64,000 bases of DNA from Candidatus Latescibacterota bacterium (GCA_965208835.1 OZ242358.1:4032001-4096000); one strand, 5' to 3'. Shown: positions 9,697 through 19,795, numbered from the stretch's first letter. Numbers and translations: made by a program. The notes: generated from the letters alone by a model not told the origin.

Positions 9697-9731
9697 AATG
9701 TAAGTACCGGTTGTCGCAAGTATTGCGACAA
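9697..9731 (-). promoter_or_regulatory. WYL autoregulatory site candidate: TTGTCGCAA-GTA-TTGCGACAA plus -10 TACATT
   Basis: Perfect 9-bp inverted repeat (9711-9731) about 30 bp upstream of the WYL ATG; TACATT lies 9 nt after the GCGACA half-site. Confidence 0.6.
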
Positions 9732-9739
9732 AAAGCTTT

Positions 9740-9940
9740 CAGCTATCAGTATACAGCTGTCAGCCAAAAGCCAAAGAGCCAAACGATTGACGTCAGCACC
9801 GTGAGGCGGGAGGTACAAAGTGGCGCGGCGAGGGCAGGATGCCCTCGGTCCGGGGGACAAAGGCAGCGGTCAGCTATCAGTGTACAGCTGTCAGCCAGAA
9901 GCAAAATACAAAAGGCCAGTCGGCTGACGTCAGCGCCGGG
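9740..9940 (+). repeat. Heptamer/hairpin repeat mosaic
   Basis: CAGCTATCAGTRTACAGCTGTCAGCCA at 9740-9766 and 9871-9897; GAGGGCAGGATGCCCTC hairpin at about 9830. Confidence 0.7.
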
Positions 9941-10142
9941 TCGTTAGAGGACAAAATGGCGCGCCAAGGGCATAGCGACGGCGTGAGGCGGCCTTGGACG
10001 ATTGGCCAGGCGGGCGAACATGAACCGATCTCATGTATACAGAGCGCTTTCCGCAGATGGCAATCCTCGACTGGACACCATGGAGAAGGTTCTGAACAGC
10101 CTCGGTTTCAGACTGTCTATCGAACCGCTGACAAATGAATAA

Positions 10143-10217
10143 GGGCGACCGGCCGGTCGCCCCTACGGATACTGCGCATCGGGATGATTCGGTAGGGGCA
10201 ACCCTTGTGTTTGCCCA
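10143..10217. repeat. Inverted REP doublet (REPIN-like)
   Basis: GGGCGACCGGCCGGTCGCCCCTAC ... GTAGGGGCAACCCTTGTGTTTGCCC in opposite orientations. Confidence 0.7.
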
Positions 10218-10228
10218 TGTCACGCTGT

Positions 10229-10546
10229 TCAGTCCGTCAACACGGCCGTTCCGCTGACCGAGACCATGAGCATGCTGCCATCCCCAACGACTTCGTAGTC
10301 CAGGTCGATTCCTACGACCGCGTTGGCGCCCTCCTGCCGGGCGGCTTCCTCCATTTCCGAAAATGCGATCTCGCGGGCCTGTTTGAGTTCCTTTTCATAC
10401 GCCGCGGACCGCCCCCCCACGATGTCGCGAATGCCGGCGAAGAAATCCTTGAAGATGTTCGCGCCCAGAATGGCCTCGCCGGTGACGATGCCCCTGTAAT
10501 CACGGATGGTCTTGCCTTCGATGCCGGGTGTGGTGGTCATAATCAT
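10229..10546 (-). CDS. ybjQ: YbjQ/UPF0145 heavy-metal-binding family protein
   Basis: [71 protein letters not shown]. Confidence 0.92.
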   Translation of the reverse strand: MIMTTTPGIEGKTIRDYRGIVTGEAILGANIFKDFFAGIRDIVGGRSAAYEKELKQAREIAFSEMEEAARQEGANAVVGIDLDYEVVGDGSMLMVSVSGTAVLTD

Positions 10547-10629
10547 GGATGGGCCTCCTCAGATCAATTGGACGGTTTGCTGCCGGCTTCGGTGGTCCGG
10601 TATACGGTGTCGGACTGTCCTATCAACGC

Positions 10630-11493
10630 TTATTTGTAGCTGTTATAGACGATCGAGAGCCAGCGGTCGGTACTCATCCAGCCCTGGCCCCACGACTGCC
10701 ATTTCTCCGGGACTCCGGCGGCCTGGATTTCTTCCAGGGTCTTTCCAGCCGCGATGGACGCTTTGACAAGGTTGGCGCACGTTTCCAGCATCTCGAGCGC
10801 AGCCTTCATGTCTTCCGGCCCGGCGAGCGGCCCGTGACCGGGGATTATACGCGCATCCGGAGGGATTTGTTTCAAGAGAGACCGTACGGCCTCAATGTAA
10901 CCCTGAACGTCTCCGCCGCCGCGCAGGTCGACATATGGAAATCTACCGTTGAATAAGAGGTCTCCGGTGTGGACGACATTGGATCCGGTGAAAAATACGA
11001 CGCCGTCGCCATCCGTGTGGGCCTTCGGAAAATGGACGACGCGCAGTTCCTCGCCATTGAAGTGAATCGACAGTCCTCTGTCGAAGGTGATTTCCGGCAG
11101 CGCGGCTTCGGGCAAAGGCCTGTCGTCGACGCGCTTGGCCGCAAGACGGTTTCGGACGTTCCGATGCGCGACGATAACGCCTGTTTTTCCGAAATGCGCG
11201 TTCCCGCCGGTATGGTCGCCATGGTAGTGCGTATTCAGGACGAAGGTCGGATCCCCGCCCCCCAACTCGCCGATGGCTGCGCGGATCTTTCCGGCCAGCG
11301 GCGCGAATTGATCGTCGACAATCAGGACACCGTCCGCGCCCACCGACACGCCGATATTGCCGCCCCTCCCCTCGAGCATATAAATGCTGTCCGTGAGTCT
11401 GGTGGATTTAATCTTGACCGCGGAATAATCCCTCTGCGCGAACGCCGTGCCGGTAACGGCCAGTATCGCGGCTATCGGTAACCAACTGGACAT
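10630..11493 (-). CDS. Secreted MBL-fold metallo-hydrolase (cyclase-like)
   Basis: Signal peptide (AFA-Q); THYHGDHTGG, HTDGD, HTGD, PGHG. Confidence 0.9.
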   Translation of the reverse strand: MSSWLPIAAILAVTGTAFAQRDYSAVKIKSTRLTDSIYMLEGRGGNIGVSVGADGVLIVDDQFAPLAGKIRAAIGELGGGDPTFVLNTHYHGDHTGGNAHFGKTGVIVAHRNVRNRLAAKRVDDRPLPEAALPEITFDRGLSIHFNGEELRVVHFPKAHTDGDGVVFFTGSNVVHTGDLLFNGRFPYVDLRGGGDVQGYIEAVRSLLKQIPPDARIIPGHGPLAGPEDMKAALEMLETCANLVKASIAAGKTLEEIQAAGVPEKWQSWGQGWMSTDRWLSIVYNSYK

Positions 11494-11518
11494 AGCGAAG
11501 TTCCTCCAGAAGAGGTGA

Positions 11519-11808
11519 GAAAGGAAGAAGGAAAAAGGAAGAACGAAGAAAAAGAGAAACCATCGTGGAGTCGGCGAAGGGTGTCGAGAGACATCGCGAT
11601 AGTGTAGCGTAACACGGGCATTTCGACAAGCTCAATGACCACGTCTCGATTCACTCGCAATTACAAGCTCACCTTGCACGAGCCGCAATTCGAAGCACCG
11701 TCGACCTTGCGGAGAAGAAAATCGAATGCAAATAACTGAAAACCTGCAGAAGCCTGGCGGGAACGCCGGATCCTCTTCCTTTTTCCTTCTGCCTTCTTCC
11801 TTCCTCAT
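11519..11808. repeat. Inverted purine-rich heptamer repeats enclosing REP-like fragments
   Basis: GAAAGGAAGAAGGAAAAAGGAAGAACGAAG (from ~11519) and the complementary TCTTCCTTTTTCCTTCTGCCTTCTTCCTTCC (from ~11775); TTCGACAAGCTCAATGAC between them. Confidence 0.55.
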
Positions 11809-11860
11809 CAAAAAAGGCCCGGAGCCATATTCCCGGGCCTGTTGAAACCATCCTAGCAAA

Positions 11861-11886
11861 TAGGGGCGACCGGCCGGTCGCCCCTG
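11861..11886. repeat. GTAG-family REP palindrome
   Basis: TAGGGGCGACCGGCCGGTCGCCCCTG. Confidence 0.75.
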
Positions 11887-11934
11887 CTCCACGCGAGATC
11901 CGAATCGCCCGAACGTGTACTTTCGCGACTGGCG

Positions 11935-12663
11935 CTACGCCGTCCTTCCGTCGATGGTGCCCACTTCGATCTTCAGCTCGTCCCGGTTCACCACGCGGTC
12001 GACGCGCCCGTCACGCACCCATACCACCCGGTCGGAAACGCTCAGCATCTTGTGGTCGTGCGTGGCCGAAACCACGGTTACGCCCGAATCCTTGTTCATC
12101 TGACGCAACAATTCTATTATCTCCGTTCCGGTCCGCAGATCCAGGTTTCCAGTGGGTTCGTCGGCCAGAATGAGGGCCGGATCGTTGGCGAACGCCCGGG
12201 CAACAGCCACGCGCTGCTGCTGTCCGCCCGATAGCTCGAAAGGCTTGTGCGACACCCGATCGCCCAACCCCACCTTGTTCAGGAGTTCCACTCCCTTGTC
12301 CCTGGCCTCGTCGCTGGTCAGCCCCGCGAATACCATGGGCAACGTCACGTTTTCCAGCGCCGTCATCACCGGAATCAGATTGAACGTCTGGAAAATGTAC
12401 CCGATTTTCCGGCATCTCAACCACGCCAGTTCATAGGCGTCGAGCTGCGCGACGTCTACGTCGTCGATGTACACCTTGCCGTCGCTGGGTTTGTCCAGAC
12501 CGCCAACCATATTGAACAGCGTGGTTTTCCCGGAGCCCGAAGGTCCCATAATGGAAATGTACTCGCCCTGTTCAATTTCGATATCCACCCCTTTCAGCGC
12601 GGACACACGAACGTCACCCATCTCGTAGACTTTTTTCACATCCTGCGTTCGTACGACAGCCAT
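11935..12663 (-). CDS. ABC transporter ATP-binding protein (LolD/MacB-like)
   Basis: [48 protein letters not shown]. Confidence 0.95.
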   Translation of the reverse strand: MAVVRTQDVKKVYEMGDVRVSALKGVDIEIEQGEYISIMGPSGSGKTTLFNMVGGLDKPSDGKVYIDDVDVAQLDAYELAWLRCRKIGYIFQTFNLIPVMTALENVTLPMVFAGLTSDEARDKGVELLNKVGLGDRVSHKPFELSGGQQQRVAVARAFANDPALILADEPTGNLDLRTGTEIIELLRQMNKDSGVTVVSATHDHKMLSVSDRVVWVRDGRVDRVVNRDELKIEVGTIDGRTA

Positions 12664-12718
12664 CGTCGACCTCTTTCATGTATTACGGAAACAGGGTCTT
12701 CGACCCGAATCAGGCGCG

Positions 12719-13408
12719 TCAGACCTCCAGACGCATTGCGTCCACCGGCTCCATCTTGGCGGCGCGATAAGCGGGAAGAATTCCGCCCATCAGGGAAAGG
12801 AAGGAACCAAGCACGATCGCCATCAGCCCGCGTTCCAGGATTGTGGGCCACGGTACGTGACCCATGACGCCGGTGCCATACCCGATCCAGGACGTTAGAA
12901 TGGACAGTAGAAAACCCACTGCCACGCCCAGCACGGTACCCGCCATGCCCATAAAGGCGGACTCGAGAATGAACAGTTTGACAATGAATCCATCCAGCGC
13001 TCCCATGCATTTCATGGTGCCGATCTCCCGGAAGCGCTCGGTGACGGACATCAGCATCGCGTTTGTAATGCCCACCAGGCAAACCAGAAGTGAAAGCACA
13101 ACCAGCCAGGTGTTCTTGGCCTCCTCCTGTCGATTGGCTTCGCTCTCCTGACTGATGTCGATTCCCTTCTGTTGTAGAATGAGGTTCATCTTCGGATCGT
13201 TGGCGTTTCGAAGACTGTTGACTATGGAACTGGTTGTCCAGATGGACATCAGAAACGAGATAGCCAGAATTATGCTGCTAACGGTGATCAACGACCGCCC
13301 GAACCGGATTTTCACACTGTTGAAACTGATTTCGACGGCCTTTCTGACTGGCAGTTTGACCTGCGTGCCGATTTCCCGGCGGGCAGGTGACGAATAACTC
13401 TCCGCCAT
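12719..13408 (-). CDS. FtsX-like ABC permease
   Basis: GITNAMLMSVTERFREIGTMKCMGA..PAYRAAKMEPVDAMR; four hydrophobic segments; GGAGGAG RBS. Confidence 0.9.
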   Translation of the reverse strand: MAESYSSPARREIGTQVKLPVRKAVEISFNSVKIRFGRSLITVSSIILAISFLMSIWTTSSIVNSLRNANDPKMNLILQQKGIDISQESEANRQEEAKNTWLVVLSLLVCLVGITNAMLMSVTERFREIGTMKCMGALDGFIVKLFILESAFMGMAGTVLGVAVGFLLSILTSWIGYGTGVMGHVPWPTILERGLMAIVLGSFLSLMGGILPAYRAAKMEPVDAMRLEV

Positions 13409-13543
13409 GAACTCCTCCAACCGCTATCTGTAGCCAACGACACGTCGCGGTTCCACATCTGCGCAAATGCGACGCTCGAATGGGTCTATTCGTTGCCGGG
13501 ATTCCCCGGCTGTTTCATCCGGGCCGGCGCCGGTGCGCCCGCC

Positions 13544-15193
13544 CTATCTGACTTCTGCACCGCGCATCGCCGGGACGTGGGTGCGCCCCTGGCGCGTGGA
13601 ATAATGCGTCCGATCCGCAAGCAGCTTTCTCGCCCGGTCGAACAACGCCAGCGTCTGAACGACTTCCGGATCCTGACTCACGGCGACCTTGCCCGCCTCC
13701 CGGTCTCCCCAACGGAATTTCGCGAAATATCGTTTCATCTGCCGCTTGATCAAAGCGATGCCCGATTCGAAATCCGCATCCGAAAAGGTCATGTCGCTTT
13801 CCCACGCCTTGAGGAATTCCTTGAATTCCGTCATTTCGCGCGGACCAGGCGTATATTGCAGAAGATAGGTATCGAAATCCGGGTACGCCCCGGTGAACTC
13901 CGACCCGCGTTTACTGGCGAATTCAAAAAAGTGCCGCCGGGTCAGCCGCTGTTCGAAATCGCCCGGACGCACCGGTTCCAATTCCACGTCGGGTGTGATC
14001 CCGCCGCTGCCGTAAACCTTACGGTTCAGAATCTGTGTGAAATAAACCGGTTGAGAGAGTACGCTGTCCGGATCGGCATTTGGATCGTATCTGTCGTGCG
14101 CCTCCTGCAGATAGGCGCGCCTGTCGCTCGAATACGGACGCTGGATCGGCCGCTCGCTGGGCGTGAAATAGCGCGCAACTGTAAGCAGGACTGCGCCGCC
14201 GTTCTTCAGCGAATATTGCTTTTGAACCAGCCCTTTGCCAAATGTGGTCCTGCCGACGATGAGCCCGCGATCATAGTCCTGAACGGCGCCCGCCACGATT
14301 TCTGAAGCGCTGGCGCTGTAGTTGTCGACAAGCACCGTCAGGGGCATATCGAGAGGAACGATCGGATCGCGATCCGCGAAATGATCTTCGCGGGAACCCC
14401 TTCTGCGGCCCTCTGTATACACCAGGAGGCGGTCCTTTTCCAGCAACTGGTCCGCCACCGCAACAGCCTGCTCAAGGTAGCCGCCACTGTTGCCGCGCAG
14501 ATCGAGGATAAGTTTTCCTGCGCCTTCCTCGACCAGTCCTTCGAGAGCAACCCGCAACTCACTGGACGTACGACTCGAGAACCGGTCGATCTTCACGTAA
14601 CCCACATCCGCATTCAGTTTGAACGCATACGGCACGCTGGGCACTTCGATCTTGTCGCGAATAATCTCAAACGTGAGGGGGTCGGCCACTCCCGATCGAT
14701 GAACCAGAACGATGACCCTGCTGCCCTTGGGCCCCTTAAGCCGCCGTTTCACCTCGTCGGTCTTCCGAATGCCGACCACCGATACCCCGTCGATCTTCAC
14801 GATGCGGTCGCCAGCCTGGAGTCCCGCCTTATAGGCCGGAGATCCGACAATTGGAGACAATACCGTCAACTGGCCCGCGATGATCTCGAAATAAATCCCG
14901 ATTCCCTCGAACGAGCCCTGCATCCTGTCCTGGGTGTCCTGGAGCTCCTCCGGTGAGATATAGGTTGAATGGGGGTCCAGCCGGGAAAGATAGCCTTCGA
15001 TCGCGCCATGAAACAACTCAACCGGATCGGTCGAGTCATAGTACTGGCGCCGCACCAGGTCGGCCAGCTGATCCAGGGTGTGCACCTGCATCGCCGTATT
15101 CACGCGAGGCGCCTCGTCCGCGACGGCCGTCCCCGGGCGACCCGGCCCCCAGACGAGGATCAGTATGGAAACAACTCGAAATACGACCGACAT
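13544..15193 (-). CDS. C-terminal processing peptidase S41A (CtpA/Prc family)
   Basis: LDPHSTY, GIGIYF PDZ, ILDLRGNSGG, SASASEIVAGAVQD, TFGKGLVQ, GGITPD. Start uncertain (ORF open to 15292). Confidence 0.93.
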   Translation of the reverse strand: MSVVFRVVSILILVWGPGRPGTAVADEAPRVNTAMQVHTLDQLADLVRRQYYDSTDPVELFHGAIEGYLSRLDPHSTYISPEELQDTQDRMQGSFEGIGIYFEIIAGQLTVLSPIVGSPAYKAGLQAGDRIVKIDGVSVVGIRKTDEVKRRLKGPKGSRVIVLVHRSGVADPLTFEIIRDKIEVPSVPYAFKLNADVGYVKIDRFSSRTSSELRVALEGLVEEGAGKLILDLRGNSGGYLEQAVAVADQLLEKDRLLVYTEGRRRGSREDHFADRDPIVPLDMPLTVLVDNYSASASEIVAGAVQDYDRGLIVGRTTFGKGLVQKQYSLKNGGAVLLTVARYFTPSERPIQRPYSSDRRAYLQEAHDRYDPNADPDSVLSQPVYFTQILNRKVYGSGGITPDVELEPVRPGDFEQRLTRRHFFEFASKRGSEFTGAYPDFDTYLLQYTPGPREMTEFKEFLKAWESDMTFSDADFESGIALIKRQMKRYFAKFRWGDREAGKVAVSQDPEVVQTLALFDRARKLLADRTHYSTRQGRTHVPAMRGAEVR

Positions 15194-15319
15194 ACAGAAC
15201 TTTCGAGAGTCGAGTGTCCTGTCTCGAAAATACATTGGCATTCGGCTGAAAAAAAAGCGTTTCAACTTAACGACGCCATCCTGAGATGTCAAGGAGAAAC
15301 CGCATCCGCCGGGGCGACA

Positions 15320-16045
15320 TCAGCACCCGGATCTCGCGGCCCTGCCTTTCGACCGGGTCAGGGAAAACACGAGAAGCTGCTTGGAAAACAGATAATACTC
15401 CTTGAGATTCAGCTTGCTGGTGCTGTACTGCCGGTTGCGGAACACGTAAGGCACCTCGATGTACGTCGACCAGGTTCCCTTAACCAGTATCTCCAGCAGT
15501 ATCTTATACCCGGGAGAAGTCAGCGTCACACCCCGCAGCACCCGGCGATGCAGGAAAAAATACCCGCTGAGCGGATCCTGTACCCCGGTCAGCTGCCTGG
15601 CTGCCAGTACGCCTGCCTGGGAGATCAGCTTTCGATACCAGGGCCACCTCTCCACACGGCTGTCCGGATTATACCGGCTGCCCAGCGCAAGATCGTTTTC
15701 ACGAAGCCCGAGGATCAAGCGGGGCAATACCGAAGGATCGTGGCTAAGGTCTGCGTCGATCACTCCAAGGCAGTCGCGGTCCGACTTCTGAAATCCCGCC
15801 ATAACGGCGCTGCCCAGTCCGAGTTTTCCTGGGCGGTGTACCACCTGAACGGGATACCGGTCCGCGAGCTTCTCCGCTTCCTCGCCGGTACCGTCCGGAG
15901 AGTTGTCGTCTACGACGATCAATTCAACATCCATCTCCGGAAACCCTCCGACCGCCGCGAATATCTCCTCCGCCAGCAGTGAAATGTTCGGGCGTTCGTT
16001 GTAGGTTGGCGTAATCAGAGACACGCGCAGAGGGGTTTCACCCAT
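15320..16045 (-). CDS. Polyprenol monophosphomannose synthase-like GT2
   Basis: PTYNERPNI, VVDDNSPDGT, GLGSA, IDADLSHDP, GSRY, DPLSGYF. Confidence 0.9.
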   Translation of the reverse strand: MGETPLRVSLITPTYNERPNISLLAEEIFAAVGGFPEMDVELIVVDDNSPDGTGEEAEKLADRYPVQVVHRPGKLGLGSAVMAGFQKSDRDCLGVIDADLSHDPSVLPRLILGLRENDLALGSRYNPDSRVERWPWYRKLISQAGVLAARQLTGVQDPLSGYFFLHRRVLRGVTLTSPGYKILLEILVKGTWSTYIEVPYVFRNRQYSTSKLNLKEYYLFSKQLLVFSLTRSKGRAARSGC

Positions 16046-16133
16046 GCCGATCACCTCTTGAGAAAGGTCCCCGCAGGCAGAATGCGGCCCATGCGGAGAT
16101 TGAAGACAGCCGCAGCCGGTAAATGAGGTTCGA

Positions 16134-17045
16134 TCAACCGGCTGCAACACCCATTTTCGTGCCAGTCCGCTTCAGGTTTTCGGAAAAAGATCGCAGCGCC
16201 GGATCGAACAGTTCGCGTGCGAGATCCAGCTTCAGGCCCGCACCGGGGGGTCTGGGCGCAACCTGTCCCAACTCACGGGAAGTCACCGGCACAACCAGAT
16301 CGGTGTCGAGATCGAAACAACGGCAGATCCGCTCGACCATCTCAAACCTGGTCATGATTTCGGGACCCGCAAAATGGATCACGCCCCGGAATTTCCCGCG
16401 GCACAATCCAAGGAGAAATACGGCAAGTTCATCCACGAAGGTGGGATTGGCCCATTCGTCGGTAACGATCCGGACGGTTTCGCCGCGAAGAAGGGATTCG
16501 AGGGCCCACGTCACGAAATTGGGCCTGCAACCCGCGCGATACCCGTAGAGTACCGCCGTTCTGACCACCACTCCCTGGCAGGACGAGGCCAGAACGACCT
16601 CCTCTGATTCCAACTTGGTCCGTCCGTAAACGTTAACTGGATTGACGGGATCGGTCTCCGCGTACGGACCGGACAGACCGTCGAAGACATAGTTCGTCGA
16701 AACGGTCACCAGGCCGACGCCTGCGTCTTCACACGCCCGAATCAGGTTTCGGGTTCCGCATACGTTGACGCGGTGCGCCAGGTCGGGACTACGCTCACAT
16801 CGGTCCACGCCAGCTTCAGCGGCCGCATTGACTATCCAGTCGGGACGCACCTGCGAAACCGCACGGACAACTGACTCCGCATCCGTGACGTCCATACGGA
16901 CACAGTCCGACCCCAGAAACGGCGGCTGGGGGTCCCGCGCGGCGGCAGTCAGGAATAAACCCTGAAACGGCACGTCACACAGCGCCCGACCCAGAAACCC
17001 GGAAGCTCCCACGATCAATACTTTTCCATTTGACCCTTTACCCAT
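16134..17045 (-). CDS. rfbD: dTDP-4-dehydrorhamnose reductase family SDR
   Basis: GASGFLG, VNAAA..VDRCE, STNYVFDG, PVNVYGRTKL. Confidence 0.85.
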   Translation of the reverse strand: MGKGSNGKVLIVGASGFLGRALCDVPFQGLFLTAAARDPQPPFLGSDCVRMDVTDAESVVRAVSQVRPDWIVNAAAEAGVDRCERSPDLAHRVNVCGTRNLIRACEDAGVGLVTVSTNYVFDGLSGPYAETDPVNPVNVYGRTKLESEEVVLASSCQGVVVRTAVLYGYRAGCRPNFVTWALESLLRGETVRIVTDEWANPTFVDELAVFLLGLCRGKFRGVIHFAGPEIMTRFEMVERICRCFDLDTDLVVPVTSRELGQVAPRPPGAGLKLDLARELFDPALRSFSENLKRTGTKMGVAAG

Positions 17046-17065
17046 CGACTCCACCGCACAGGTTA

Positions 17066-18895
17066 TTAATTGTCGCGGTTTTGCGGAACGGACGGCGGCG
17101 CCGGCCCTCCCTCCAGGCGCAGGTACATTGCCATCCCTCTGTGCAGAGCGCCCGCGCTGGAGGCACGCGCCAGATGCGAATTCGCCAACGCCGCGAGTAT
17201 CTCACCGGCCGTTTCCGCATAACGCCGGTTCGCGGTCAGCCCGTACAACCTCGTAAGCACCTGAACGGCAACCCCGTTACCCGACGGCACCAGACGGTCC
17301 ACGGCGTGGAAGACGGCCGCGTCAGGCTCTGGCCAGCGGTCGCGCAGCGCGCCGGTGTCATCGAGAAGCCGCTCCAGCATCACATCGGTGAGCTTCAATG
17401 CGAAACGTAATTCGGCGGTATCACCACCCGCGCTGTAGAGATCCAGCGCGGCCCGTGAAACAACGGCCTGGTCGGCAAGCAGGAAAACCGGCGATGCAGG
17501 CTGGTCGAGGACATGTCGCATACCACCCGCAGGATGCGTAAGCCGCGTGCGGATAGACGCCATGACGTCACGCGCCAGGTCCAGGTAGTCCGTTCTTGAA
17601 GAAGCCTGATAGAGCGCTGCGAGTCCGGTAACTGCCAGGGCGTTCCACGAGGTGTAGACAGCCGGGTCTCTCGGCGGCGCGCGACCCGCCTCCAGCAGGA
17701 CCGCACCACTCGATTCTTCGGAAAACCCCGCGAAACCTGCGACAAACATGCCGTTCCGCGGTGCATGGAATCCACCAATTAGCGCATCGCCCAGCTCAAT
17801 CGCGGCCGCCGTGTCCGTCCGAGCCAGGACTGCCAGCCAGCCCGCATTCATGGCCAGCGTCTTCTCCCGGTCGAGTACCGCTCCGTCGGGCGTGAGCCGC
17901 CGCTGGAAGAACGTACCGTCGGAATCGCGCAGCGGGCTTTCGACGATCTTATGCAGCCGATCCAGCGCCAGAGCCCGCGCCACCGAGTCATCGCCGTCAA
18001 GAAGTGCAAGAAACGACTCCGGACCCTGGACCTCATCCCGTTTCAACGCGGCCACCGTGCTGTCCGTAAACGACTGCAGCAGGCCGGACGACACCTCCGC
18101 ACGAGGGGAAGGCAGCGCTTCTCTCGCTGTCCACAGGGCGAGATTCCGTCGCTCGCGTTCAAAATCAGCCCAACGCTTCGGATTATTGGAATAGACCCAC
18201 ACCCGTCGCAACAATTCCCGGAGGTCATCCGGATCCAGATAGGTGGAACCGGTCATCCACTCGCCTTCGGGAGTCAGAATCGCCGTTGACGGCCAGCCGC
18301 CCAGTCCGAATCGCTCCGCAAGGTCGGGGCGCCGGTCCACGTCCACCCGTACCGGCCACGTTCCCCGTCCGATCGCCCGCGCCAACTCCGGGTCTTCGAA
18401 ACCGCGACTTGCCATTTCCCGGCACCAGTAGGACCGGCTGGAATAAAGAAAAACAAACAGCGGTCGATTGAGAACACGCGCGGAATCCCGCTCTGCCCAC
18501 CCTCTCCAGGTCACCCGTCCGGGAGGCTGCGCGGACAGTTCGGAGAATGCGGCGGATTCCGGAACCCGATCGCAGGTGCCAGACCCGATGCTCAAAGTCA
18601 CCAACACGCAGGCCAGACGCAGATGACTCGGCGCGATACGCAAGAGGACCCCCCGGGGACGACAGCCACGCGCATCGAGCGAGAGATCGTGTTCCGTCCC
18701 GGAAATACGTGGCCTGATTTCGACCGCCAGGTCGCCCGGCTCGCATCCCTTCGGCAAGCTCAGGACGGCGCCTTCGACAGGCTCAGCAAGCAACGCAGCG
18801 AGACGGGATGAATCGTCGGTCGAACGGTGAGGAATTTTCGGGACAGGACACTGATTGAGAGTCGAGAATTCTTTTCCAATGTTAAAGGCCGCCAA
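17066..18895 (-). CDS. YyaL/DUF255 thioredoxin-domain + alpha/alpha-barrel protein
   Basis: YWCREM..VRVDVDRRPDL..GGWPST..TYL; VYTSWNAL; LADQA; PSGNGV. True start probably downstream of 18895. Confidence 0.8.
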   Translation of the reverse strand: MAAFNIGKEFSTLNQCPVPKIPHRSTDDSSRLAALLAEPVEGAVLSLPKGCEPGDLAVEIRPRISGTEHDLSLDARGCRPRGVLLRIAPSHLRLACVLVTLSIGSGTCDRVPESAAFSELSAQPPGRVTWRGWAERDSARVLNRPLFVFLYSSRSYWCREMASRGFEDPELARAIGRGTWPVRVDVDRRPDLAERFGLGGWPSTAILTPEGEWMTGSTYLDPDDLRELLRRVWVYSNNPKRWADFERERRNLALWTAREALPSPRAEVSSGLLQSFTDSTVAALKRDEVQGPESFLALLDGDDSVARALALDRLHKIVESPLRDSDGTFFQRRLTPDGAVLDREKTLAMNAGWLAVLARTDTAAAIELGDALIGGFHAPRNGMFVAGFAGFSEESSGAVLLEAGRAPPRDPAVYTSWNALAVTGLAALYQASSRTDYLDLARDVMASIRTRLTHPAGGMRHVLDQPASPVFLLADQAVVSRAALDLYSAGGDTAELRFALKLTDVMLERLLDDTGALRDRWPEPDAAVFHAVDRLVPSGNGVAVQVLTRLYGLTANRRYAETAGEILAALANSHLARASSAGALHRGMAMYLRLEGGPAPPSVPQNRDN

Positions 18896-19157
18896 TCATC
18901 CCTGTACCGAAACACCTGCCGGGAAAACGTGACGGCCGAAAGGAAAAGTAGGGAACCACTGTGCGCCAGATGCGTCTATATCTTGAAATCGACAAAAAGA
19001 CTTGACATTTCAATGGCGATTAACGTAATTTTTTCGCTTGACGAGATCCGAAGCGGCCCGATATCCGGGTGGCGTTCGTAACGGCCTGCGCAACCAGGAC
19101 CCATCGTTGCACATAAGGTTTGACATCAGGTTAGAAATCCAGAAAGCGCTCGAGTCT

Positions 19158-19418
19158 TCACCCGATCTTCGAAAGCAGTATCGCCTCTTCGATCAACATA
19201 ATGGGAATGTCGTCTTCAATCGGGTAAAGGTAAGCCCCGTCCTCACGAACAAGGCCTCCGTCAACGGGTTTCTCAACGCGGGTTCCCCCCCGGTTGCACA
19301 ACTCGCCCTTTTCAATAAGATTGTTGACTTTTTCGATCAGTTCCCGACCTGCCAGACTGACAGGTGATTTGTCTTCGGGACAGGCCAGAATATCGAGAAG
19401 TTCCTTGTCGATGCTCAC
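19158..19418 (-). CDS. Trm112-family protein
   Basis: GTG start; IDKELLDILACPEDKSPV..YPIEDDIPIMLIEEAI. Confidence 0.88.
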   Translation of the reverse strand: MSIDKELLDILACPEDKSPVSLAGRELIEKVNNLIEKGELCNRGGTRVEKPVDGGLVREDGAYLYPIEDDIPIMLIEEAILLSKIG

Positions 19419-19629
19419 CCTCGAGCCCCTTAGAAATGTAATCGCCTGATTGGTGTATCCGGTTCTCCGCAGCACCCAGTCTGAGAAAATATACAACAAG
19501 AGGTTGTCTAACAAGCTTTTTCCGGCAGGAGCGCCTATTCCGAACATTCGCTGACGTGTTTTGCCCGTAGATCCACAATTCCGTTCCACAAAAGAAGCTG
19601 TCGACAAGGCTGATCATCACCGCCTTCGC

Positions 19630-19795
19630 CTCCCTGGGCGTTCGTCGCGTTGTGGACTTGTTGCCAAAACCTTTAGCGAGTGGAGTGAGTGCCCGTGCCG
19701 TTCGAGAGATTACCCGGGTCGTCGGGCAATAGAGTGGCCCAAGCCTTCCAGCCCTCTCCGCACCCGGTTTTTTATGCCCTGTCGCTCTGTCATTT
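19630..19795 (+). ncRNA. Possible structured RNA/leader upstream of porV
   Basis: Nested pairings CTGGGCG/CGCACCCGG, TGGA/TCCA, CTTG..GCC/GGC..CAAG and TGCCCG/CGGGCA around a purine-rich bubble, ending in a T6 run. Family not recognised. Confidence 0.3.

Noticed and set aside
7200-10220. Repeats near the cas genes as a CRISPR array
   Set aside because: Spacing is irregular, there are no uniform unique spacers and the repeats are REP/heptamer type. Any array would be expected beyond cas4, left of the window.
19000-19140. TTGACA promoter-like sequence followed by small stems, considered as a ribozyme or sRNA
   Set aside because: Pairings are short and match no motif I can recognise; insufficient support.
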